Virus record (IMG/VR): IMGVR_UViG_3300019776_000324 | Location: 124,001 to 188,000 of that record | Length of the DNA: 64,000 nt | Direction: 5' to 3' (one strand) | Shown here: piece after piece, positions 47,227 to 56,885 of the stretch | How the letters are laid out: each line of letters begins with the position of its first letter | How positions within the stretch are numbered: the stretch's first letter is position 1 | The notes under the pieces: model-generated | What the model was told of the DNA's origin: nothing | Seen by the model: only the letters and a program-made list of their open reading frames with translations | Databases searched by the model: none | Translations under genes and position numbers: made by a program

Positions 47227-47447
47227 AAGCTGTAGTATGGAGCAAAGACGCCTGCCCTTTTTGTGTACAGGCAAAAGCATTATTAGAATCAAAAGGTATT
47301 GAATTTGAAGAACGCAATATCATGCATGGCTGGACCAAAGAGCAACTATTAGAAGCAGTTCCTAATGCTCGCACTTTACCACAAATCTTTTTAGATGATG
47401 CACATATCGGCGGATTTACAGAATTAAGAAAACATTTACAAGGATAA
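47223..47447 (+). CDS. grx: Glutaredoxin
   Basis: CPFC, TLPQIF, IGGF. Confidence 0.95.
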   Translation: MKAVVWSKDACPFCVQAKALLESKGIEFEERNIMHGWTKEQLLEAVPNARTLPQIFLDDAHIGGFTELRKHLQG

Positions 47448-47448
47448 C

Positions 47449-47751
47449 ATGAACATAGCATTAGATGAAGTTTACACACTCAAAATTGCCAATGGCGATG
47501 AAATTGTAGCAAAAATTACCGCACAAGACGACACAACTTATACAGTAGCCAAACCATTAACTGTAGTGCCAGGTCCCCAAGGCATTAACATGATGAATAG
47601 CCTGTTTACCGCAGATCCTGACAAAAGTGTGACTATAAATAAACAACAAGTATCTATCATTGCACCTAGCCGCGAAGAAGTGTGCGACAGTTACTTGGAA
47701 GCAACCACTGGTATTAAACCAGTACGCAATAGTAAAATTTTAATGGGATAA
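47449..47751 (+). CDS. Sm-like fold hypothetical protein
   Basis: TLK..NGDEIVAK, Y..ATTGI. Confidence 0.55.
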   Translation: MNIALDEVYTLKIANGDEIVAKITAQDDTTYTVAKPLTVVPGPQGINMMNSLFTADPDKSVTINKQQVSIIAPSREEVCDSYLEATTGIKPVRNSKILMG

Positions 47752-47752
47752 T

Positions 47753-48046
47753 ATGCCAGGACAAGTACAACGAGTTGGAGATCGAAATGCTGTAGGGGGA
47801 GTAATTCTTACCGGCGATCCTACGGTACTTGTTAATGGAAGACCTGTAGCTACAATAGGCGCATCAATCAGCCCTCATCCATGTTGTGGTGTTAAAGGTT
47901 GCCCTCCGACACATTGTGCTGCAAAAACTACAAGTACTAATGCTAAAGTGTTAGTTGGCGGCAAGCCAATTGTTACCACTGGCGACATTGATACTTGTTT
48001 TCATCCAAGAGTCTCTGGAAGTTTTGATGTAATAGTAGGTTTGTAA
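47753..48046 (+). CDS. PAAR-like baseplate spike-tip protein
   Basis: RVGD, V.VNGRPVA..G, GD.DTC.H; TATAAATA at 47634-41. Confidence 0.85.
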   Translation: MPGQVQRVGDRNAVGGVILTGDPTVLVNGRPVATIGASISPHPCCGVKGCPPTHCAAKTTSTNAKVLVGGKPIVTTGDIDTCFHPRVSGSFDVIVGL

Positions 48047-48047
48047 C

Positions 48048-49004
48048 TTGGTTAATAGTGTACTTACTCCCTTACAGTTAGATGCCGGCGCTGGATTATT
48101 ACAAAATCAAGGCATCGGTATTAATGGCGGACTAACAACAGCAATCGCCAGCTACGAAAACACAGCACTGCTATCTCCATTTTTAAATGCACTTGCAGTT
48201 GGTACTACTGGAAATATTTTATCAGCAGATGTTGTATTAAGTCTTGAAACTTTAGCAGCAAATACCTGTGCGGCTCTTAGTAATAGTCTAACACCAGCAT
48301 ACAGTAGTCTTGGTGTTCAAATGACAGATGTAATTCTTGCCGAAGCAGCAGTTGATATTTGCGGTAGTAATGTTAGTAAAGTTGCTCAAGCAGTTAACCA
48401 GGCACAAGGATACACTGAACAAACAAGTAATTTTGTTAGTAGCGCAGTAAACAGTCAAACATATCTTGGTAATACATTTACCACAATGAATGATATGATC
48501 ACTGGCAGTATCACTCAAGTAAACTTGGCCACGCAGGCGTTTGGTACAGATTTAAAAAATCTTGGACAACTAATAAATTTATCAACGCTGGGTAATCTTG
48601 GCACTCCACTAGCACTGGTACAACAAATATTTTCTATAACCGGAACTGTACCTGTGGTATCGCTAACATTTATTGCCGCTGGAGTTCCGCAGGACATCGT
48701 TTTAAATCTAGACAGCCCAACAATTAGTGTTACAGATTCAATACAAAAGTTAATGTACAATGGCATGACACAAATTACCGGAGATAGTTTAAATCAAATT
48801 TTAAGTGTAATGGGTGTTACCACTGTAGGTATCACTACCATGGCTGATTTATTAAATCCTTATAAATTATTTCCTAACAGTTTCCAAAGTTTAACAGCGC
48901 CAACAGCGAACGGTCCTATTGCTATCTATCTTAACAGCACTGGTACTGTTAACACTGCATTGGTTACCGAATTACCTTTTTATGTGGTCAAGACTTTAGT
49001 ATGA
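48048..49004 (+). CDS. Putative structural protein
   Basis: 318 aa uncharged, ADLLNP.KLFPNSF; follows PAAR. Confidence 0.55.
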   Translation: MVNSVLTPLQLDAGAGLLQNQGIGINGGLTTAIASYENTALLSPFLNALAVGTTGNILSADVVLSLETLAANTCAALSNSLTPAYSSLGVQMTDVILAEAAVDICGSNVSKVAQAVNQAQGYTEQTSNFVSSAVNSQTYLGNTFTTMNDMITGSITQVNLATQAFGTDLKNLGQLINLSTLGNLGTPLALVQQIFSITGTVPVVSLTFIAAGVPQDIVLNLDSPTISVTDSIQKLMYNGMTQITGDSLNQILSVMGVTTVGITTMADLLNPYKLFPNSFQSLTAPTANGPIAIYLNSTGTVNTALVTELPFYVVKTLV

Positions 49005-50023
49005 TATCATTAGAACGCTTACAACAAATTATACCAGCCGATCAAGCACTGGCCAACAAAGCATTATCTATTAGTCTACAACAAATTGCAGGCATTACTA
49101 ATATAAATCTACCAACTCTAGCCAACGCAGTAGTTGAAATGGAAACAACCAAGGATCTTCCTGAAATTTCTGCATTAACTCAAGCGGTTCCTCCTGAAAT
49201 AGCAGACTATTATATTTCTTTAGGGAACAATGGACAGCCAATAGCAGTATGTGATGTATTAGGAATTGCCGCCGGTTATAAGGTTGCTAATATTTTTATC
49301 AATACAGTTTCAACACTTGCAAATACAAATGTTTCATATCTAACTACAATATATCAAACCATGAACAGTGTAGTTGGAAGTGTATATGGAGATCCAATCA
49401 GTGGTCCTGTAACTATTCCAGGCGGTCAGCCAGCTGCTGGGACATACTATGCCGAAACTGGAAATGTCGGAAATGTAAGCAATGTAGTGATAACAACTGC
49501 AGCTACAAATGCGTTTACCGGTGGTGCCGGTGGCGACGGTGATGGAAATGTTTTCCCAGCAACAGGCCCTGGGCTCTTATCAGTTTCATACCCAGAAATT
49601 TCTAATATCGCTACCAGCAGTCCAGGCCAAGTTTCAACTCTGAATTCTTATTTTACTTCATTGGGTGCTCAAGTAGCATTGGAAAAAGATTTACAGGCAA
49701 AAGCACAAATTGATTTTGCAAATTTAATTCCCAACAGTACTCCTACCGTTTATAGTTTAATTACTAGTTTACCGTTTTATGGTCAGCAGAATGAAGAAGG
49801 CGGTTTATTTCAATTTTGGGAAGGTATTGCTGACCTTGGAACATTTACAGGCCAGGCCCTAGTTGCTACATTACGCGAAGGTCACAACCAACCTTATCTG
49901 GGCAATGCCGGCATACAAACTAATAATCACATACCGTCTGATCCAGTACCTCCTATTCCTACTGCTAATCTAATACCATCCACATACTCAGCACAAGAAG
50001 CCGCTAATTTAGTCATAAAATAG
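49001..50023 (+). CDS. Putative structural protein
   Basis: 340 aa; GQA.VA.LREG.N; coupled to the previous gene. Confidence 0.55.
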   Translation: MISLERLQQIIPADQALANKALSISLQQIAGITNINLPTLANAVVEMETTKDLPEISALTQAVPPEIADYYISLGNNGQPIAVCDVLGIAAGYKVANIFINTVSTLANTNVSYLTTIYQTMNSVVGSVYGDPISGPVTIPGGQPAAGTYYAETGNVGNVSNVVITTAATNAFTGGAGGDGDGNVFPATGPGLLSVSYPEISNIATSSPGQVSTLNSYFTSLGAQVALEKDLQAKAQIDFANLIPNSTPTVYSLITSLPFYGQQNEEGGLFQFWEGIADLGTFTGQALVATLREGHNQPYLGNAGIQTNNHIPSDPVPPIPTANLIPSTYSAQEAANLVIK

Positions 50024-50049
50024 TGTTGTAAAAACGCCACAATCCAAAA

Positions 50050-50080
50050 GGTTGACCCAAAATAGCTCTTTTGTTATACT
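50050..50080 (+). promoter_or_regulatory. Early sigma70-like promoter
   Basis: GG-TTGACC (50052-57), 17 nt, TATACT (50075-80). Confidence 0.8.
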
Positions 50081-50109
50081 AGCATTATAGTGATAATAAA
50101 GGAGCAGAT

Positions 50110-50373
50110 ATGTTTGAAACAGCCGTAGATCAATTAGTTAAACTTACTCTTGCCAACGAACCAGTTAAAACTGAGTTTTACAATGGCACCTTGTTTGTAC
50201 GCACAATCACCGAAGCACAAGCTCGTCGAGTATTCCACGAATTGTCCAAGACCCTAGGCTTGGGCACAGTTCAAATCAGCCCAATTGGTAGCACAGGCGA
50301 ATATGCCTTTGACTTCGTTGCAAAAAAACAACAGAGTGAAGATTTCAGCCCTTTTGCTACTGTAAACAGTTAA
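50110..50373 (+). CDS. Early hypothetical protein
   Basis: 87 aa; AAGGAG SD. Confidence 0.7.
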   Translation: MFETAVDQLVKLTLANEPVKTEFYNGTLFVRTITEAQARRVFHELSKTLGLGTVQISPIGSTGEYAFDFVAKKQQSEDFSPFATVNS

Positions 50374-50443
50374 GTTCTATCTCCAAACCGGGCAGACGAC
50401 CAGGGTAGAGCTAAAAACTCGTAAATCCTAAGTCCCGGATAAT

Positions 50444-50474
50444 GGTTGACCAATAATTACCAATTTGTTATAAT
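50444..50474 (+). promoter_or_regulatory. Early sigma70-like promoter
   Basis: GG-TTGACC (50446-51), 17 nt, TATAAT (50469-74). Confidence 0.85.
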
Positions 50475-50504
50475 AGTTGTATAGTTAATAATAAGGAGCA
50501 AGCA

Positions 50505-50816
50505 ATGACACAGAATCATTTAGCAGAGTACAATGTAGAAGAATTGCAAAGTTATTTGAGCGACTTCCACAAGGACTTCTTTGGTTTTCGTCCTCGTTAT
50601 GCTACTCCTGAGCAGTGGCGCGATCGTGAATATTTAGAAGCTTCAATCAATGCTATCCATAACACTATGGACAAGATGAAGGAGACTTTTAGCGGTCGCG
50701 AAGAATTGCGTCGTCAAGGTTGGGTAGTTGACGAAGCAGAATTTGCTGATATCATTGATCCAGAAGAATACGCCAACTGGTCAGCCGATCAAGATGCTGT
50801 CTACTACGGTGCCTAA
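50505..50816 (+). CDS. Early hypothetical protein
   Basis: SDFHKDFFGFRPR; AAGGAG SD. Confidence 0.7.
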   Translation: MTQNHLAEYNVEELQSYLSDFHKDFFGFRPRYATPEQWRDREYLEASINAIHNTMDKMKETFSGREELRRQGWVVDEAEFADIIDPEEYANWSADQDAVYYGA

Positions 50817-50817
50817 G

Positions 50818-51084
50818 ATGAACGAGCGAATTACAGAACTTTATGTGCAGGCTAACAAATATGCTTCGGAAGCAGGTTTCAAGAAATATGACAAAGCCGG
50901 CGATGTAAACTGGCAGTGGGAAGACACCGTGTTTGAAAAGTTCGCCGAGTTGATTGTAGATGAATGCCTTGCTATGTGTGCTGTTGATTCCGACGAAGGA
51001 TCACTAGACTATAAACGAGGTGTTATTTTTGCTATGAATAGATGCCAGAAGAATATTCTAGATCATTTCGGAGTAGAAGAATAA
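50818..51084 (+). CDS. Hypothetical phage protein
   Basis: MNERI.EL...EKFAELIV.EC...HFGVEE; probable start ATG 50818. Confidence 0.7.
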   Translation: MNERITELYVQANKYASEAGFKKYDKAGDVNWQWEDTVFEKFAELIVDECLAMCAVDSDEGSLDYKRGVIFAMNRCQKNILDHFGVEE

Positions 51085-51422
51085 TGGGAGATGATCTAAC
51101 TTGGTTATTTGACCATCATCAAATTCCACAGCACACTCGCGAAACATTGGTTAACTATTTGACTAAAGGTTGGGAGCCAGGCGGTTTTGTTACTAGTATG
51201 TTGTCCATGGACATGGAACGAGCAGTATATGCCGCAGACTTTGTAAATGGCCCTGCTATGCAACCGATTGCCAAATGGATTATCGAATATCTCCCACGCG
51301 AATCTTGGGGCAGTTACGATCAAGTGGAAGCCTGGTGTAAGGATATCAATGGTCGCAGAAGTGCATTTGCTGACCGTGTTGAAAAAGAAGAAGTGTGGAA
51401 TATTTTAAAGGATAATGCATAA
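51084..51422 (+). CDS. Hypothetical phage protein
   Basis: G..PGGF, P.ESWGS; probable start ATG 51084. Confidence 0.65.
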   Translation: MGDDLTWLFDHHQIPQHTRETLVNYLTKGWEPGGFVTSMLSMDMERAVYAADFVNGPAMQPIAKWIIEYLPRESWGSYDQVEAWCKDINGRRSAFADRVEKEEVWNILKDNA

Positions 51423-51601
51423 TGGAACCGAAGAAACAATACAAAATTAGCTACACAATGAAGAAGGAAGACATTATGACCTTTGTGTCGGGCTTACATG
51501 AAGTACAAGCAGACATGATTGAGTGTGCAGTAATCAGTAAACAGAAGCAAGGCTTTCCGGAAGCAACCGCAGTACTTAAACATATCATGGAGAAAAAATG
51601 A
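51422..51601 (+). CDS. 59-aa hypothetical protein
   Basis: MEPKKQYKIS...LKHIMEKK; overlaps both neighbours. Confidence 0.6.
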   Translation: MEPKKQYKISYTMKKEDIMTFVSGLHEVQADMIECAVISKQKQGFPEATAVLKHIMEKK

Positions 51602-51756
51602 AACAAACATCCTTTAGACTTTGGTTGCAAAGAATGTATATGGATCACAAAGACGAAGCTATAAATCTTGGCTTTCCTACATGCGATGCTGATACTTACT
51701 TTCGCATGTACAAGTATTGGTTAAAACGCGAATATCGTTATCAACAAAATGCTTAA
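51598..51756 (+). CDS. 52-aa hypothetical protein
   Basis: MKQTSFRLWLQ...YKYWLKREY; ATGA overlap. Confidence 0.6.
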   Translation: MKQTSFRLWLQRMYMDHKDEAINLGFPTCDADTYFRMYKYWLKREYRYQQNA

Positions 51757-52018
51757 ACATTTAGTCATGATTGGTACTGTGGCGCTGGTTGGTTGTGCAA
51801 GTCAACCAGCCCCAACCTTTCAGCAGGCTAACATGACTAATTTTGTAGCAAATTGTAGAGTTGCAAAAACTCAAATTGATTTTTTAAATCAGCGCATTAA
51901 TGAGTACCAGGATTATTTTCGCAACCATACTCCTACCTTAGAAGATCAACGCTACTACGGTAAGTTAAAAAATAATATTTGGTCATTAAGATCTACATGT
52001 CCAGCAAAATACCTTTAA
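51749..52018 (+). CDS. Lipoprotein
   Basis: Signal peptide with lipobox LVGC. Confidence 0.7.
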   Translation: MLKHLVMIGTVALVGCASQPAPTFQQANMTNFVANCRVAKTQIDFLNQRINEYQDYFRNHTPTLEDQRYYGKLKNNIWSLRSTCPAKYL

Positions 52019-52560
52019 TCCTTGTACTGTTTGCCACGACAGTCAATGCTGATTGTTATGTTAGATCAGCTATAACTAATCAAACATCTATGAGTATCAC
52101 AGCAGTTGCAGATGTGGAACCATTGGTTGTCCCTATTTCCTTTACACAGAACAAGTGTATAGTAACTTTCAGGGCACAAGTAAACGGTGATTGGATTACT
52201 GCCGAAGGTGAAAAGATTGGACCTAAAACTCAAAGCGATCAAGAGTTGTGCAATGGTGCAGTTGATAGTGGACGCATACAAATACTAAGTCGTGCCAATG
52301 GTGGCAAACTAGCAGTAGAGCAAAATATGGTTTGTAATGACCAACCCGAAATCAAAGTAAGAGTAGTCAAGCGTGGTGAAATGGTTAGAGAAAGCGAAGT
52401 TCGACCACATCCACACTTTCCAAAACCTTTTACCTACCGAACTAGTCAGTGTCGGTGGTTTATAGAACCTGAAGTAAGACCTGGTCGTGATCTACTACAA
52501 CGCCAGGGCATTATTTGTCAAGTAAATGGTAACGCATGGCAAGTGGTTGACAAATGGTAA
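51997..52560 (+). CDS. Secreted/periplasmic Cys-containing protein
   Basis: MSSKIPLILVLFATTVNA-DC signal peptide; six Cys in the mature part. Confidence 0.6.
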   Translation: MSSKIPLILVLFATTVNADCYVRSAITNQTSMSITAVADVEPLVVPISFTQNKCIVTFRAQVNGDWITAEGEKIGPKTQSDQELCNGAVDSGRIQILSRANGGKLAVEQNMVCNDQPEIKVRVVKRGEMVRESEVRPHPHFPKPFTYRTSQCRWFIEPEVRPGRDLLQRQGIICQVNGNAWQVVDKW

Positions 52561-52609
52561 GGATTGTAGTAAAATGTTGTTATCGTAAACAAACCCTAAG
52601 GGGATCGAA

Positions 52610-53341
52610 ATGAAAAAAGTAGCAATTACACTCGCAGTAACAGGTATTTTAACAGCTTGTGGTACAAGTGGCACCAATTATAGTGCTATGTACTCGGGCC
52701 AGAACCAAGTGCAAACAGCACAAATGGCGTCGGCTATTAGTCAAGCACCAGAATGGATGAGCAAGTTGCCCAAATCACCTGGCTATGTGTTTGAAAATGG
52801 CACAGCAACATCCGGTGACTTTGGTATGGCTGATATGAAAGCCAAGGCAATGGCCTATGCTAAGATTTGTACTGCCGCAGGTGGTAAGATTCGTCAGCAA
52901 ACTAAGATTTATCGTGCAGACTCAGGCGACACTAGTATCGATCAAAGTGAGTTGGCAATCCGTAGCATGTGTGCTGACATTGACATTACAGGTGTAGAAA
53001 CTGTAGAAATGAAGCATGTGTCAGAAGGTAATCGCATTAGAACTTATGTATTGGTTACACTACCACTTGGCGACAAGAATGTGTTAAAGACTACTAAAGA
53101 CGCACAAGCTCGAGCTCCAGAGGCATTTAAAGAACTGGATGAAGTTACTACTGGCAAGAAGCCAGCTGAAGTTACTCCAGTTGCTCCACAACGAGGTACT
53201 GAGGTTAGTGTAGTGCAACCTAATGGCACTACAAGTACTCTTAATTTGATGCCTGTGGAAAATGCTGAATACAAGGCTCGTCGTGCAGAAGCAATCCAGA
53301 AACCAGGCGCAGTAGTTGGTCAAGTATCTGTTGCTAACTGA
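52610..53341 (+). CDS. Lipoprotein (LPP20-like)
   Basis: Lipobox LTAC, APEW, A..KA...A; TTGACA-17-TAAAAT at 52547-52575. Confidence 0.7.
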   Translation: MKKVAITLAVTGILTACGTSGTNYSAMYSGQNQVQTAQMASAISQAPEWMSKLPKSPGYVFENGTATSGDFGMADMKAKAMAYAKICTAAGGKIRQQTKIYRADSGDTSIDQSELAIRSMCADIDITGVETVEMKHVSEGNRIRTYVLVTLPLGDKNVLKTTKDAQARAPEAFKELDEVTTGKKPAEVTPVAPQRGTEVSVVQPNGTTSTLNLMPVENAEYKARRAEAIQKPGAVVGQVSVAN

Positions 53342-53349
53342 TTAAATAA

Positions 53350-54729
53350 ATGAACACCATAGACTTTACCGGTGATCAATTTAACGAGATCAAAGTGGCC
53401 GCAGACTGGATTAGAGACCTAGAAGCAAGCGACAGCCGTTTACACAAAGAATCAGTAATAGAGAAGGCCCTAATGGCAAGTAAGTTAGGGTCCTCTAATG
53501 CTCAATGCTTCTTGTTCAACTGCTACCAAGCCTACAACCCCTACTATGTGTTTGGCGTTAAGAAGGTTCCAGAGACTGTAGGATTAGAAAATAAACCTAA
53601 TCCTTGGCCAAAGTTTTGGGCCATGTTAGAAGGTTTGCGTACTCGTAGTCTTACCGGACATAATGCTAAAACAGCCATTGAGTTTATGAGTGAACAGTTT
53701 GACTCAGTTGAGTGGAATGGTCTTGCTCGTAGAGTTATTATCAAAGACCTACGCTGTGGCATTAGTGAAAAGACCCTAAACAAGGTGCTTGGCAACACAG
53801 AATGGAAGATCCCAGTGTTTACTTGTCAACTAGCTACAGACAGCGAAAAGCACACAGCCAAGATGACTGGCAAAAAACGCATTGAACAAAAGTTAGATGG
53901 TGTGCGTGTGTTGGCAGTAGTAACCAAGACCACAGTTAATCTATACAGTCGCAATGGTAAACCCTTTGATAACTTTCCGCATATTGTAGAGTCGTTAGAA
54001 GATATTAAAAATAAGTTTGCTCGATTACTTCAATCCAATCCTCATGGTTTTGTATTAGATGGCGAGATCATTGGTGAAAGTTTCCAGGCCTTAATGAAAC
54101 AAGCACAACGCAAGAGTGATGTGCAAACAACAGGCATGACATATAGTGTGTTTGATTGGGTTCCATTAGCAGGATTTGAACATGGTTTTTGGAACGCTCA
54201 ACAATATAAACGATTAGAAATTCTTGAAGGATATCGCGCAGTGTTTGACTCAACTGATTGTGTGCGTCTTATGGACGGTATTGAAGTTGACTTGGACACA
54301 GCTGAAGGACATGATGTTATGCGTCGCTATGCTGAAGATGCTGTAGAGGCAGGCTTTGAAGGTATTATGATTAAAGACCTAGGAGCACCATATGAGTGTC
54401 GTCGTAGTACATTTTGGATGAAGTGGAAGCCTACTATTACAGTAGACTTAAATATTATTGGATTTGAAGAAGGCACAGGTCGTAATGCAGGTCGATTGGG
54501 TGCTATAATTTGCGAAGGAGATGATAATGGTCGTCGTATTAATGTTAATGTGGGCAGTGGCCTTTCCGATGCTAATCGTGATGAATATTGGAGTGCCCGA
54601 GATCAGTTACTTGGCGATGTTATTGAAGTCGAAGCAGACGCAGTAACACAAAACCAAGATGGCACTTACAGTTTGCGATTTCCTCGCTTTGTTCGTTTCC
54701 GTGGATTTGAACCTGGAGAAAAATTATGA
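53350..54729 (+). CDS. ATP-dependent DNA ligase
   Basis: KLDGVR, LDGE, EGIMIK, WMKWK, SLRFPRF. Confidence 0.95.
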   Translation: MNTIDFTGDQFNEIKVAADWIRDLEASDSRLHKESVIEKALMASKLGSSNAQCFLFNCYQAYNPYYVFGVKKVPETVGLENKPNPWPKFWAMLEGLRTRSLTGHNAKTAIEFMSEQFDSVEWNGLARRVIIKDLRCGISEKTLNKVLGNTEWKIPVFTCQLATDSEKHTAKMTGKKRIEQKLDGVRVLAVVTKTTVNLYSRNGKPFDNFPHIVESLEDIKNKFARLLQSNPHGFVLDGEIIGESFQALMKQAQRKSDVQTTGMTYSVFDWVPLAGFEHGFWNAQQYKRLEILEGYRAVFDSTDCVRLMDGIEVDLDTAEGHDVMRRYAEDAVEAGFEGIMIKDLGAPYECRRSTFWMKWKPTITVDLNIIGFEEGTGRNAGRLGAIICEGDDNGRRINVNVGSGLSDANRDEYWSARDQLLGDVIEVEADAVTQNQDGTYSLRFPRFVRFRGFEPGEKL

Positions 54730-54842
54730 TGGATTGGATGTTAGAGCATTGGTTTGTTGAAGGTATTGTCATTATAGCCGGATCGTTTCTAATCGGTATC
54801 ATTGTAGGCAAAGCTATTGCCTGGGCAAATGGTGACAACTAA
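54726..54842 (+). CDS. 38-aa single-pass membrane protein
   Basis: MMDWMLEHWFVEGIVIIAGSFLIGIIVGKAIAWANGDN; overlaps both neighbours. Confidence 0.55.
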   Translation: MMDWMLEHWFVEGIVIIAGSFLIGIIVGKAIAWANGDN

Positions 54843-55135
54843 TGTCTACACTAGACCCAAGAGATATTGATATGACCTACCCAGATGGAACAGTAGGCTC
54901 ATTTAAAATTCAAAGTCCAAATACCGTGCTTACTGAAACTACGATTGGTCAAAGCTACTCTGATGAATACCAAAATTCAATCAGTTTTCACGCACTAGGC
55001 GACGAAATGCTACGCTGTAGCCCAGATGGATTTTATGTTCGCGGAAAGAAGATTGAACAGGATGACAACGAAGCACGAATAGTATATAATAGTTTTAAAG
55101 AATGGTTAACTTGGCAACAACTCAACAGAGGCTAG
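54842..55135 (+). CDS. Hypothetical protein
   Basis: EMLR...DGFYVRG. Confidence 0.65.
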   Translation: MSTLDPRDIDMTYPDGTVGSFKIQSPNTVLTETTIGQSYSDEYQNSISFHALGDEMLRCSPDGFYVRGKKIEQDDNEARIVYNSFKEWLTWQQLNRG

Positions 55136-55136
55136 T

Positions 55137-56357
55137 ATGGCAACAGAAAACGAACAACAATTACTAATTGACACATTAAAATTTACACCATGCACCTATA
55201 AGATTAGTATCTGGGGCTACGGTGGCGAAAAGGTTATGGGCACAGTCAGTCAAGAAGTTTGGGACTACTGTATGGAACACCAAGTTGATCTAAGTGATAT
55301 TGCTTGGGATAGCGATGCTGCGGAAGAAATGGATCTTGACCCAGACATGTTGCCATTCCCTCCTGGATCATGGTATGAGTGCGATGATATGGGTCATACT
55401 AATGGTGCAAGTCGTGATAGTGGTACCTTACAGATCGAAGACGAAAACGGTAATGTAGTTTTTGAAAAGTCCTTAGGCGACTGTGATGGATTAGACGGTA
55501 GTCCAAGTTTGAATTGCATTGACGAAGTATGGATTGGCTCACGCAAAAAAGGCGAGATTGTATTTGTTGGATCAAGCAACGAAAAAGGTACTTTCTTTGA
55601 AGCAGACTTAGAACTTACAGCACCCTTTGATATTGAAAAATTAGAGCTATGCTATGAAGATTTTGATGGCGAAGACATTGTTAGTGGGTTAACCTACAAC
55701 GGTGAAGACATTGACAACTGGGGTGGTGGTACAGATGGTAAGAGCAGTGACTTTAACATGGTTCGTTTAATCGACGACGAAGGCAACTTTGAACGCTACG
55801 AACCTGAAGATAAAGATTGGGGACATCCTGAGTATGGCACAAGCCCAGAGTCGTGGGAACGGACTGTAGACTTTGCCTTTGCTAAACACCAGCCTGTGCA
55901 TCCGGGATATTATAATGCGGTATGGAGTAACTTTGGCACCACTTATGGATCATTGTATTGGAATGGTGAAAACTTTGGTGAGTGGGAGTATGGCAAGTTT
56001 ACTGCTATTGCAGGTGTTAAGACATGGTCAGGATATAACTGGGACACAAGTTCGTGGGAGAATCGTCCCAAAGAGCCAGTTGATATTAAATGCGATAATA
56101 AAAAATGTGGCTGGGTAGGTATGGGAGAAGATCGTCGCACAGATGATGACTACACCGATCATTGCCCTGATTGCGATGGCACAGAGTTTACTTGGATTGA
56201 CTATGATCCTAATACCAAAGAAGGCCGTGCTAACCGTGAAAAGTATTGCGAGCCAACTGAAGCAGAAAAAGCAAAGTTTATTGCAGGGCTTGATGCGGCA
56301 TTAGCAGAGCTTGCCGCAGAGTCTGGCATTGAATTTGATAAAGAAGGAACATACTAA
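55137..56357 (+). CDS. Acidic hypothetical protein with C-terminal Zn ribbon
   Basis: 406 aa; C...CGW.G and CPDC. Confidence 0.65.
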   Translation: MATENEQQLLIDTLKFTPCTYKISIWGYGGEKVMGTVSQEVWDYCMEHQVDLSDIAWDSDAAEEMDLDPDMLPFPPGSWYECDDMGHTNGASRDSGTLQIEDENGNVVFEKSLGDCDGLDGSPSLNCIDEVWIGSRKKGEIVFVGSSNEKGTFFEADLELTAPFDIEKLELCYEDFDGEDIVSGLTYNGEDIDNWGGGTDGKSSDFNMVRLIDDEGNFERYEPEDKDWGHPEYGTSPESWERTVDFAFAKHQPVHPGYYNAVWSNFGTTYGSLYWNGENFGEWEYGKFTAIAGVKTWSGYNWDTSSWENRPKEPVDIKCDNKKCGWVGMGEDRRTDDDYTDHCPDCDGTEFTWIDYDPNTKEGRANREKYCEPTEAEKAKFIAGLDAALAELAAESGIEFDKEGTY

Positions 56358-56551
56358 TGCAAGCAAAACCAGGAACAGTAGGTGGTTGTGGATGTGGCCG
56401 TAGCCCAACAGGTAAATGTTGTGGCTGGCATGCTCTAACTGAAGATCAGTATCGTGTCAAGAAAGACGAGTATGATCTAGCGCAATACCGAGAACAAGCT
56501 GAAGAACTTTGGTTCTCGGGTGGCTCGTGTACAGGCGGCCGACCTGAGTGA
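56357..56551 (+). CDS. CDGSH-like iron-sulfur/zinc finger protein
   Basis: CGCGRSPTGKCCGWH resembles C-x-C-x2-S-x4/5-C-D-G-S-H. Confidence 0.6.
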   Translation: MQAKPGTVGGCGCGRSPTGKCCGWHALTEDQYRVKKDEYDLAQYREQAEELWFSGGSCTGGRPE

Positions 56552-56650
56552 ATTAAATATCAAAATCGCTATTGTGTTAGCGATATATTATGCTTTAAAC
56601 CTACTAATACTTTGGTTGGTGCATATCTTTACTAAAAAATACGACGACAA

Positions 56651-56875
56651 ATGAATCCAATCACACTACTTACAAATGGCCTTAATGATTTATGGTTCTG
56701 GACCTATGGCATTATCGCTGGTTGGGGATTGACTTTTACTTTAGTTGTTGTAGCACTGACATTGTTATTGGTAAGAACAATTAACCTACAACGCCGTATA
56801 GATCGATTAGAAAGTCGTTTAGTACACGCCGAAAGAGATTATAACCTGTCTATTTCTCAAAACAAATACAAATAA
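56651..56875 (+). CDS. Small membrane protein
   Basis: Hydrophobic helix followed by a coil. Confidence 0.6.
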   Translation: MNPITLLTNGLNDLWFWTYGIIAGWGLTFTLVVVALTLLLVRTINLQRRIDRLESRLVHAERDYNLSISQNKYK

Positions 56876-56885
56876 ATATTAAGTT

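Noticed and set aside
50374-50440. Firm call as a twister, pistol or HDV-like ribozyme
   Set aside because: Partial resemblance only; required helices (e.g. HDV P3/P1.1, pistol P1 placement) could not be formed. Kept only as an unclassified candidate.
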